Positions 1 through 10,403 of a stretch of 64,000 bases of DNA are shown piece by piece. Under the pieces are notes generated by a model. The model did no database searches, was not told the origin of the DNA, and saw only the letters and a list, made by a program, of their open reading frames with translations. The stretch comes from Takakia lepidozioides (lineage: Eukaryota > Plantae > Bryophyta): the NCBI GenBank assembly GCA_030704615.1, contig CM060731.1:69688001-69752000 (forward strand). Direction: 5' to 3'. The position numbers and the translations under genes were made by a program. Within the stretch, counting starts at the first letter, position 1. Each line of letters begins with the position of its first letter.

Positions 1-699
1 TTGTTTTTTGGAAAGATTGCCCCATTATTCCTTGGACTGGCCTTGGTCTCTTCAAGTGTAACCTGGCATACAGAGGCCCACTAAGTTTGCGCTGCCATAT
101 TCTTCTATCAGACACTAAGAAAGGTCAATTCGTTAATTCCTGCCTAAGCGAGCATAGATTAAATCAAGAAAGGACTTCCTGATTAGGATTACTTCATCAT
201 ACAGGCATGTCTGCAAAAACTCAAAATGGCAACACACGCACAGAGTATTGGTACCAGGGTACATAGTACATACTTACGAATTTTGTGCCGGATAAACAAA
301 GCAGCCGCGACTGGGACGAGGTTGGAGCTTGAACAGCAAACGTGGCGGACTGTCCGCAGAAACCTTTCTCATATTCAATATTCTTGACGTATGTATACCC
401 GTGTATCCACATACCATATCTATGCATGCAATCGAACTGGACCCCGTTGGTACGCTGCCAAAAAGGGCTGCTCAGAGTAGCTGTTCAGTTTATCAATGCG
501 AAACTACCGCAAGCTTTCACCGTGAGAATGACTGTCGAAGGTGTTGAGCATGCAGCTTAATGCAAGCTTGCCATTGCTCTACCAGGGAAAGAAAACATGA
601 GAGCACTAGTACCAAGGTTCGGAGAATGCACTGGAGGTGCACCGGCCATCTATCTTCTTCGGCCATCTATCTATCCAACTGACCCTATCTATCTATCTA

Positions 700-1015
700 T
701 CTATCTTCTTCAAGAACATCTCGTCATTGATCTGACCATCTCCATCTCCATTGAGTTCGGCCACACGGATAATATCGTCAACTTCATCGACTGTCAATCC
801 TCCAGGCAGCTGTATCAGCGCGTTCCTACAGAGACAGGGTCAGTCGGTCGGTTTCCTCCTTCAAAAACATCTCGTCATTGATCTGACCATCTCCATCTCC
901 ATCGACTTCGGCCACACGGATAATATCGTTGACTTCATCGACTGTCAATTCTCCAGCCATCTGTTGCAGCGCATCCCTTAGCGCGGAAACAGAGCCAGGG
1001 TCAGTCGGTCGGTTC
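700..1015 (-). repeat. Tandem duplication (~155 bp x2) of the C-terminal EF-hand; the distal copy is out of frame
   Basis: aacatctcgtcattgatctgaccatctccatctcc...gggtcagtcggtcggtt occurs at ~715-855 and ~867-1015. The distal copy encodes RNALIQLPGGLTVDEVDDIIRVAELNGDGDGQINDEMFLKK in a shifted frame, followed by a (TATC)n microsatellite. Confidence 0.85.
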
Positions 1016-1591
1016 CCGTCAGTAACGACTTCCAAGTACTTCGCTGTTATCACCTCGAACCTGTCCTTGAAATCCTTGCAAGCCTGCATCAAGTCATGAA
1101 GACACTCATCAATCCGGTAGGTACCAGTTCCACTGGCATCGACCTTGTTTATCAGGTTCCGAGTCTCTGAGCCATTCGTGTATCCAAACAATGACTCAAT
1201 GAGCATGTCAAATTCCTCTGGGGTAATGTAACCATTTCCATTCTTGTCACACAAGTCGACAAACGCCCTCTTGAGACTGGCAATCGACTGCACAGTCAGA
1301 TACTCGACCCCAGGCTTGCTGTCAGGCTGCTTTGTCTGCGCAAAATAAACAGTAAGTACTTAAGTACAATTTCAGTGCACCACCTTCAGGCAGCATTCAT
1401 GTGACCAAGTGGGAAAAATTTACGGTAGCATTGTTCGTGAACACCACCGGTACTGTTGTTTTCTTTCATTCAATTTTTACCTTGTCCTCTGGAGTAGGAG
1501 TAGAAGATTGGCCTCTGCCTCCAAATCGATCGCTGGATTCATCTTCAGCCTCTTCAAGAGCTCCAAGCATCAAGCTCAAATTCAGGCTCAT
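826..1591 (-). CDS. Divergent calmodulin-like EF-hand protein, 2 exons (1591-1481, 1335-826)
   Basis: ORF 826-1293 has EF-hand loops DKNGNGYITPEE and DASGTGTYRIDE, and a C-lobe (ELTVDEVNDIIRVAEVDGDGDGQINDEMF) resembling calmodulin. A GT..AG intron at 1480-1336 joins it in frame to an ATG at 1591 (MSLNLSLMLGALEEAEDE...PEDK|TKQPDSKPGVEYLTVQSIAS). Confidence 0.7.
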
Positions 1592-1920
1592 CCTGGATCT
1601 ATGTTGCCGAGAATGTCACCGTTCAGTGTTGCAAATCTACATCTCAACTAGCCTAGAGCAGTGTAGTAAACAATATTGACAGATTCACGATAGTGGACAT
1701 CCTGGAGATACTCTTAACAGAGATCGACCACTTGAGACTACCATACAATCTCCCTCACATTGACGTCTCTTTCATCAGTGTCAAATGTTGTCCGATTGTA
1801 GGGGTTGAGAACGTTGCTGGAACGTTGTGAGCACTATTCATGAGAACGACGGGCCAGATTGTTCAAAGTGGAGGGTTATACACAAGTTCACACACGTCTG
1901 CCTAATCAATTGTTACAATA

Positions 1921-2720
1921 ACTCGATTTCGTCGTACCTATCGAGCACAGCAGAGACTGTCACCAATTACTACGATGCATGAATTGAAAACTAAGTCTGA
2001 GTTCACTCTGTTATGCTATCGGTGATCAATTGTCAACCACAATATTATTGCGAATCAATGAGAATAAACCGCGGAGTCAGGCTTGCAATACAGATAATCA
2101 CGTTACCACTTCAGAGCAGATTGCATTAATAATAAACCACCTGAGAAAGATTCTTCGTTAGTGTATCCTCAACCTTACTGCAGATTCTCTGCAGATTGCA
2201 ACTCATAATGCGACTCACAATGCTACGCGAGGTCTCGGAGGAGATGCTCACCTTCTGGTCGAAGCTGTGAAGGGAAATGATCAAGTGCAAGGCGATTGTT
2301 CTCTCTGCAACTCGATTTCGTCGTACCAATCAGCACAGCAGAGACTGTCACCAATTGTACTACGATGCATGAATTGAAAACTACTGAGAGACTTGATTGT
2401 CGGTCACTGTGCCATGCTATCGGTGATCAATTGTCGACCACAATATTATTGTTGCGATTGCGAATCAGTGAGAATAACCGCGGAGTCAGGTAGATACTTC
2501 TTGCAATACAGATAATCACGTTACCACTTCAGAGCAGATTGTATTAATTAATAATAAACCACAGGTCTGAGAAAGATTCTTCTTTACTGTATCCTCAACC
2601 TTACTGCAGATTGCAACTCATAATGCGACTCACAATGCTACACGCGATCTCGGGGGAGATGCTCACCTTCTGGTCGAAGCTGTGAAGGCAAATGATCAAG
2701 TGCAAGGCGCTTGTTCTCTG
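1921..2720. repeat. Tandem duplication of ~390-410 bp
   Basis: actcgatttcgtcgtacc...aatgatcaagtgcaaggcg..ttgttctct is present at 1921-2305 and 2310-2720 with small indels. Confidence 0.9.
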
Positions 2721-3507
2721 GTCGTCTTTAGAGCCACTAAATACTTGAGCAGTAGGCTCCGTAAATTCACTGGACGTTAAGCAAAATTTACTTTTGCTTT
2801 GCTTCCCACGTAGGACAACGTTGCTGAGGACAAGTTATCTGCCACATACACAAAGAGGTAAAAAGTTGAGTGCTGGTCAGATAGTAACTTTTTTCATTAA
2901 ATACTTTTGGTTCTAATTTGCTTTAAAAAAGAAAAACATTATTACGAACAGCGGGTCCAGGATGGAAGGGAACGGTGAGTGTGAAGCTTGGTAAGGGGGG
3001 GAGCTTTGAGGCGATGGCGTCGACGGTGGGAGGTGGGATGTGCAGCGCAGCGATGGCAGCGTGTTGGGGGTATCTGGAGATGAGTACGCAGGGAGAGGCT
3101 GTGGCGAAGGCCCTGTCTTCTCCTTGCGGGGAAGTGGTGGGAGGCCTTGCATCCTGTAGCAGCCTGTATGTGGAGCTGAGATGGACATCCACCTTGGCAA
3201 TGGCTGAGCCGATACCGTCGCAAGCTGATGCTATGACTTCTCGAAATCCTTTATATGTCCCGAAGCAAGGTATAGACACCGAAACTTTTGGCGTGTTTTT
3301 CTGGGTCTAAAGATCGTGTGCATACTAAGGCTCCATGCTGACACCCACACCCAGTATGGTCGAAGAAGCCACCAGTCTGTAGAGATATTCAGTATAATCG
3401 TCACCTTGTCCACCTTCCATTGGGTTTGAATTAGAGGGAGGAAGAAGCAAGAGAGAGCTTATGCCCAGCAAGGATGTGGTAGGGAGGCTTTTGAGATCTA
3501 TGAGAAA

Positions 3508-5262
3508 ATGCAAGAGGAAGGGGTGACTCCCAACAGGGTCACATTCATTTGTATTCTTAATGCATGTGCCAGCCTAGGAGCCCTGGAGAAGGGCAAGGAG
3601 GTCCATGCCGACATCATCAAAGCTGGAATTCCATCGTATTTGAATTTAGAGAACACCCTAGTTGACATGTATGCCAAATGTGGGAGCATGAAGGATGCAC
3701 ATCAAGTGTTCGACAACATGACTCAACGAGATGTGGTCTCATGGAGTGCAATGATCACAGGATATGCCCAGCACGGGTGTGGCAGGGAGGCTATGGAGAT
3801 TTATAACAAAATGCTACTGGAAGGAGTGCTACCAGATAGGGTTACATTCATTTCCATTCTTAATGCATGCTCCAGCTTAGGAGCCCTCGAAAAGGGTCGA
3901 CAGGTCCATGCTGACCTTATCAAAGCTGGAATTACTCAAGATGTCATTCTGGGGACTGCCCTTGCTGACATGTATGCCAAATGCGGGAGCATGACGGATG
4001 CGCATCAAGTGTTCCACAATATGCCTCGACGAAATGTGTTCTCATGGAATGCCATGATCAGTGGTTATGCTCAACATGGGTGTGGGAAGGAGGCCTTAGA
4101 AATCTATGAGAAAATGCAACGGGAAGGGGTAACGCCTGATAGGGTCAGTTGCACTCTCATTCTCAATGTGTGTGCCAGCCTAGAATCCCTGGAGAAGGGC
4201 AAAGAGTTCCATGCTGACATCATCAAAGCTGGAATTGGGTCAGATATCATCATGGACAATAGCCTTGTTGACATGTATGCCAAATGTGGGAGTGTTAAGG
4301 ATGCACGCCAAGTGTTTGATAAGATGATTAAACGGGATATGGTCTCATGGAGTGCAATGATCACAGGATATGCTCAGCATGGGTTTGGTAGGGAGGCCCT
4401 TCAACTATTTGAACAAATGCAAGAGGTAAGGATGAAGCCAGATGGTATAACCTTTACATCTCTTCTCTGTGCATGTAGCCATGTGGGCCTTTTGAATGAA
4501 GGCCAACACTATTTTGAATCAATGTGTCATCATCATGGTGTCACTCCTACAGTGGAACACTTTGGCTGCATGGTGGACCTTCTTGGCCGTGCAGGGCAAT
4601 TGGATGAGGCAGAAGAGTTCATTAACAGAATGCCTATTGAACCAGGTACTCCAGTGTGGGGGGCCTTGCTTGGTGCCTGCAGAATTCATGGTGATGTGGA
4701 ACTAGCAGAACATGCAGCAAAATGCCTCCTAAAGTGTGACCCAGAGCACACTGCAAGTTATGTGCTCTTATCGAACATCTATGCTGCAGCTGGCAGGTGG
4801 GAAGATAAAGCAAAGGTGAGAAAGATGATGGAGGACAGAGGTATCAGAAAGGAGCAAGGGCGCAGCTCTATTGAGGTTGCCAACCAGGTGCATACATTTG
4901 TTGTAGAAGACAAATCACACCCACAAATTGAGGAAATCCATGCTGAGCTGCAGAGATTGTCTGGGCAGATGAAGGAGTCCGGGTATGTGCCTGAAACATG
5001 CTTTGTACTGCATGATGTAGAGGAGGAGCAAAAGGAAATTTCTCTTCGCCACCACAGTGAGAAGCTGGCTATTGCTTTTGGGCTCATCAGCACACCCCCT
5101 GGGACACCTATCAGGGTGATGAAGAACCTTCGGGTGTGTGGTGACTGCCACACAGCCACCAAGTTTATCTCAAAGATTGTTGGGCGAGAAGTCGTTGTAC
5201 GGGATGCCAACCGGTTTCACCACTTCGAAGATGGACTGTGTTCATGTGGTGATTACTGGTGA
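3508..5262 (+). CDS. PLS-class PPR protein with E and DYW cytidine-deaminase domain (organellar C-to-U editing factor); N-terminus truncated or unresolved
   Basis: 584-aa intronless ORF with L-S-P triplets, P2-L2-S2, E1/E2, HSEKLA, CGDCH and terminal CSCGDYW. In-frame PPR sequence ([12 protein letters not shown]) extends back only to ~3457, with a stop at 3427. Confidence 0.93.
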   Translation: MQEEGVTPNRVTFICILNACASLGALEKGKEVHADIIKAGIPSYLNLENTLVDMYAKCGSMKDAHQVFDNMTQRDVVSWSAMITGYAQHGCGREAMEIYNKMLLEGVLPDRVTFISILNACSSLGALEKGRQVHADLIKAGITQDVILGTALADMYAKCGSMTDAHQVFHNMPRRNVFSWNAMISGYAQHGCGKEALEIYEKMQREGVTPDRVSCTLILNVCASLESLEKGKEFHADIIKAGIGSDIIMDNSLVDMYAKCGSVKDARQVFDKMIKRDMVSWSAMITGYAQHGFGREALQLFEQMQEVRMKPDGITFTSLLCACSHVGLLNEGQHYFESMCHHHGVTPTVEHFGCMVDLLGRAGQLDEAEEFINRMPIEPGTPVWGALLGACRIHGDVELAEHAAKCLLKCDPEHTASYVLLSNIYAAAGRWEDKAKVRKMMEDRGIRKEQGRSSIEVANQVHTFVVEDKSHPQIEEIHAELQRLSGQMKESGYVPETCFVLHDVEEEQKEISLRHHSEKLAIAFGLISTPPGTPIRVMKNLRVCGDCHTATKFISKIVGREVVVRDANRFHHFEDGLCSCGDYW

Positions 5263-5759
5263 ACACGCCACATGAAAGAACTGGTGTTGCAAAGGCAAAA
5301 ATGCCATTTATCATTAGTTCATGTAAAAGTCAATGTGGAAAACCAATCTGTCATCGAATGTGGCGTTCAGTACCACAATGTCTGAGCTGCATATGGTAAT
5401 GATTAGACGGAAGTCACGGTGAACTCTAGTGCAGAAGCTTTGGAAGGAATATTTTTTCGGACTCCAGTCAATGGTGGGACGATCAAGGCCAACCGGTGCT
5501 TCTCTTAAATTACAGAGAGAGGCAGACAACAAGAGGCATTGCAAAGCTTTCTTGAAAATTGTCATCCTCGTTCTCTCCCCAGCATATTTTGAAAGTCTTG
5601 GGAGTAATTCAACATAGGAGCTAGTCTGTGATAAGTAGAGTTGGGGTGTTTGCTAGAAAAAAATTTAGGTTGTCATTGTCAGTTGCTAGCAGCAATGTAA
5701 GAATCTATGCATGATTGGTGCCGAGGCAGGGAGAGCTGAAGGAGCAGGGATGCAGCTTG

Positions 5760-6004
5760 ATGCACTTAGGTAAGAGACAGACAAAAGTATCTGAATCTGC
5801 TGAAATGCCTCCTTGTTCTAACATCTGTAGAGCCTCTTTCAGTTGCCCTGCCTCACGTAGTGTCCTCACATGCCAAGAAGCGCCAGAAGCGGTATTATGG
5901 AGTCCCTCTCTTGGTCCTCTTTTGGAAGCTGTGTTCAGGTGGAGGTGCCTGATTTTATCAACTGTGCCGCTGCTGCTGCTGCTTCCAGTTGACCATCTAC
6001 CCAT
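5760..6004 (-). pseudogene. Isolated N-terminal fragment of a PLS PPR gene
   Basis: Ser/Arg-rich leader followed by VRTLREAGQLKEALQMLEQGGISADSDTFVCLLPKC, typical of the first P/L motifs, then loss of similarity. Confidence 0.6.
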
Positions 6005-6084
6005 GCAGGTTTATTGTAGCTATCAATCCACAGGGATTCATACGGAATTTTGCACCTGAAATCTGGCCCTCTCGGGCGAATCAG

Positions 6085-6840
6085 AAGTGTGGAGCATTGT
6101 GGATGCACACCAAGTGTTCAACAAATGCCTGAACGCAGTTGGATCATGCGAATATTATGATGGCAGGCTTAACAAGAATGGGTGTGGTAAGAAAGTGGAG
6201 ACATGAACAAATGATAGGTGAAGGTAGAAAGCCGGACTGGGTCGCTTGCGATGCGGGTGCAAGCCTGGCAGCCCTGGAAAAGGGCAAAGAGGTCCATGAT
6301 GACATCAGCAAAGCAGGAATTGTACCAGATATCATTCTGAACTGTATCCTGGTGGACGTGCATGCCATAGGCTGGAGCATCGAGGATGCAAAGGGGTGTT
6401 TGACAATATGGCTGCACGAGATGTGGTGTCCTGGAACACAGGATATGCCCAGCATGGGTGAGGGATGGAGGCAATGGAGACATGAGCAAATGATGCGGGA
6501 AGGGGTGAAGCCCAAGCCCAAGCCCAAGCCCAACTGGGTCACGTTCACTTGCATTTGCAATGCATGCACAAGCCCGGCAGGCCTGGAGAAGGACAAAGAG
6601 GTCTAGGTCGACATCACCTAATGGGGAATTGTACCAGATATCTCTGAATACTAGTGTATTCCAAATGCAGGAGCATCAAGGATGCATAGGGAGTGTTCAA
6701 CAATATGGTTGAACAAGATGTGGTGTCCTGGAACATAATGATCACAGGATACGCCCAGTATGGTTGTCATAGGGAGGCCCTGCAACTATTTGAAGGAATG
6801 CAAAAGGAAGGCTTGAAGCCTGACAGTATCACCTGTACAT
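6085..6840 (+). pseudogene. Degenerate PLS PPR gene
   Basis: Frameshifted motifs ([24 protein letters not shown]; VFNNMVEQDVVSWNIMITGYAQYGCHREALQLF) similar to 3508-5262, with stops and a (CCCAAG)n expansion at ~6508-6532. Confidence 0.85.
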
Positions 6841-7092
6841 ACACTTATGAAGTTCAAATAGTATCTACAATTGCACAATCCTCAGTGGTATAGGAGATAC
6901 TAGATTCCTTTCCTCCGCTTGGAAAAAGAAAAAGGGGGGATCCAAATCCAAACAATGTTGGATGGTCGTCTGAATCAATATACTTACAAACCAGAAAAGT
7001 TCAACTCATCCCATCTTTCTCTACACTCTCGACAAACCAACTCTTTCCTAAAGTTACAATCTTCCACAGCACCTGCTTCATGTCCCTTTGAC

Positions 7093-7959
7093 TCAACTTT
7101 TGGCAGGTGCATCATCCGTCGGCTCAGTGGGCTGCAAGACATGCAAAACAAGGTCAGCATGTGAGATGGGCAAGAAATGATACACCTCCTTTGCTTGTGA
7201 AGCTTTGTGGCCAGAGAAACACCACAGCTCTCTAGACAGCTCAGCCTTGGACACATAAAAACAGGGGGTGGAAGAGGGTGTGGAGAAGAGCGAAGAGCAG
7301 CACAGTGACCACTGCCACTGCTGAACCACAAATTCGATTTCTCTGAAGTGCTTGTGGCCATTCTGTCCATAATGTGGGCTGCAAACATTTTCTGATGCAT
7401 TGTAGTGGCTCTGCTTTGTGTACGCATGTCGCTCACCACGGCAAACAAAGTCTTATGAGTACATCATGGACAGATCCAACAGTTTGAATGCCCACTCCAC
7501 GTGGGTATAGAGATTGGCAGGGCTTGGACTTAACCTAGGCCCAATGTGAATGCACCACACCACAATGTCTAGTTATTGGATTTCATTTGCTTTAGTCCTA
7601 TGATCACAGACCCATGCCCAGGTTTCATAAATTAGCAATGGGGAAGACAGGGGCAAGTGAAATGGAAGGAGAACAATGTGGCCGAGTACCATGGACGAGA
7701 CATACTAACATACAGAAACTGACATGCAGAATACAAGTGAAAACATCCATGCCAGAGGGAAAGACGACAAAGAAGTAAGGGTTTTGATACAGAAGTGTTG
7801 CTGAAGAGAGAGAGGCTTGAGTTTGCAGACCTGTTCATGGGCATAGTGCCATGAAATGCCGCGAGTAATGTTGAATGCCAAATTTGCCCCAAAATAGACA
7901 GTTGCCAGTCCAAGACCTGCTGTCACACTCTTGTAAACAATGTCCAACACCTTGGCCAT
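7093..7959 (-). CDS. Small single-TM protein (55 aa), COX14-like cytochrome c oxidase assembly factor family; exons 7959-7831 and 7131-7093
   Basis: MAKVLDIVYKSVTAGLGLATVYFGANLAFNITRGISWHYAHEQ|PTEPTDDAPAKS* with a phase-0 GT..AG intron 7830-7132. The D-x-x-Y/H-K/R plus TM pattern is recalled from COX14-like proteins. Confidence 0.65.
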
Positions 7960-10403
7960 TCCTGTTCATGCCGAAATGCCACCATTGAAAGAAGTTTGTG
8001 ATTTCCACATCTGCTACATGAAATAAAATCCACACCCAACTGATAAGTACCTTTGAAGAAAACTCCGAGAAACCTTTGCAAAAACCAGTTCCCATGCCAG
8101 ACTAGCAAAAGGAATAGGGCTATCAGATCCCTTAAGCCCTTGTTTAGGGAGTGTGGTCACTGAAAGTCACTGAATCCCTTGCCGACCACTGGGGTTGATT
8201 AAAGCAAACAGCCTTCTTAGGACTGTAGTATAATCAGGGCAAAAGGTACTGCGTAACCTAGAAAGGGTTGGGATGCCTGGCACAAGACTTGCCCGCTGCT
8301 TGTTCGAAACAACGAGACCACATATTGCCAACAGACTACTGTTATGGCCCCCTTGACGACCCGTAACCGGGAGACAGGTGCGGAAGAGCAAGAGAAATTG
8401 CGCCTCTTCACCGGCTAATGTTATATGCCGCTTATCTTCAAAATCGAAATCACTCTATAGCAACGGAAGAAGAGAAGCCACTAACGACCTCTCCTTGATG
8501 TTTCTCCCACTCACTGCCTCTACTCTGACATAAAACCCTGGTTACTGCAAAGCCTGCACATACGTCGTCACATCCAGTTTCTTCTCAATTCGTCTACATC
8601 AAACACAAAGCTGAGTACCTTCATCATGCCAGGTCAAAACAACAGTGCAGCCAACCAAGATTTGGAAGCGCTCTTACATCTACACTAACCGAATTCCATA
8701 CACGCCCTTCCCGAATTCGTTGGCTCCAAAACACCTTCCCAGAATTGAGGTGGGAGATTTAAGGGTAGGGAGCCCTGATTGCAAGAAGAGTAAAGGGGTG
8801 GAGGCAGAGTAGAGTGAGGACCCACCTGATATTGCTCAAAGTTAGGACAGCAACTTCTCTCTGAGGTCAGCTGCCCCGGCTGCTTCAGAGGGCGCAACAG
8901 ATTCCAGGGAGGTCGAGCGGTTCACAGACTTGGATAACCCACTGATGACTTCGGAAACCCTAAAATAGTTCTTTCGGAGTGCTGCCCATATGAACCTTTG
9001 TATTACCAATATATAATGTGTCGTTGTGTTCATATTCGTCTCTGTCTGTCACTTGGACACGAGACTGTTTTGAAATTTAGTTTCTCCATTTCTTCTTCCC
9101 TTCCAAGCAAGATAATGTGGGAGGGTGGGCATGGCAGGAGGGTGCACTTAATTATGCTTCTAGATGGGGCGGCGGAATGGAGCTGTGAAAGGGCTCAGCA
9201 AAGCTTTGTCATCTGCAGTTGATCTTCCAAGCTTGTATAAGAGTTTCAAATGATGATATATATCTCACTGGGGAGTAACATCACCAACGACAAATCACGC
9301 CCAATTGCACTACATACTGCACTTTCATGCATTGCCAATCGATTACAGTTTATGTTTGATTCATGTCTGTATGATGGAATGTGGATGTACTCCAGCTATA
9401 GACCCAACAATCTGTAGTGGGGGAAAGCAATTGTAGCATTGAGCAACAAGTAACAAATGACAGCTGAGGCCTCATGTGAAGAGGCTAATGGTGTAAACTG
9501 AGTAACTGACACAAGGAGGATAGCAGGTAAATAGCCATGTATTGATGCACATTGGTTATGGTACCTCAATTGAGGCACAAACCATGTAGGAAACACAGCT
9601 GACTGTCGAAAAAAAGTCCACCACCGCTGTCAAATTCAGTTCCCTCCTGCGAAGTGATCTGGCTAAAAAAGATGGTGGCGCAACTGCTCTTAACTCAGGC
9701 AACGAATGCAATTTACAGCTGATCTGATGTAGTTACATATGTCCTTAGTGCTGCTCAACCCTGAGCTCTTATATTCATAGTTGAACTCTACTTCTGAGTC
9801 AGTACATCCTCTTTCTCTTTCTTCCTCTCCCCCCCTTTGCCCCCCAGCCACCTTTGCCAAATCAATTCCAAGCTAGAGTGGACTGTACTTTAGTGCTATA
9901 CTCCTAGTGTCAGATCAATGCTATTGTGTACCTTCAAGAATACGTGAATGACTTGTTGTGGGCTGCATACAGTGGGCCATAACTGGACCCGGGCCCGGTT
10001 GGTTGCCGGTCCAATCCGGGGAATCTGCATCCCCATCAACCCATCGCCTGACCCATTCCTGAACGGACTAGAGCCCATTTACCTGGAAATGGGACAGTCC
10101 AGCCACCGCCTACAACCGGTGCACTGATGGGAAGAAGGGCATGGCCCGCAGCCCAGCCCACGTGTAAAGGTGGTGGGGCCCATGACTGGCGTGGAGCAGT
10201 GGGTACATACAAAGTTTTCAAACCCCACCTTTGTGGACCTGGAAATGGACAATTCCGGTTGGGGGCAAATGGGGACGTGCCCCCAATGGTCACAGCCAAC
10301 AAATGAACAGTATATACACAGATAATGTCAGTCGACATTGGGTGAGGGAGAGAAGCTCCAAATCATACTTTACAGATAAGGAACCTGTGCGCCTCATGAC
10401 TAT

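Noticed and set aside
3508-5262. U-to-C (KP-type) DYW editor
   Set aside because: It has HSE and a terminal DYW, the canonical C-to-U type.
8130-8420. Possible structured ncRNA (TPP riboswitch, H/ACA snoRNA, RNase MRP) upstream of the COX14-like gene
   Set aside because: I could not find the diagnostic conserved motifs. An Rfam scan would be needed.
9970-10290. GC-rich patch with short repeats (acctggaaatgg x2), MITE-like
   Set aside because: No convincing TIR or TSD.
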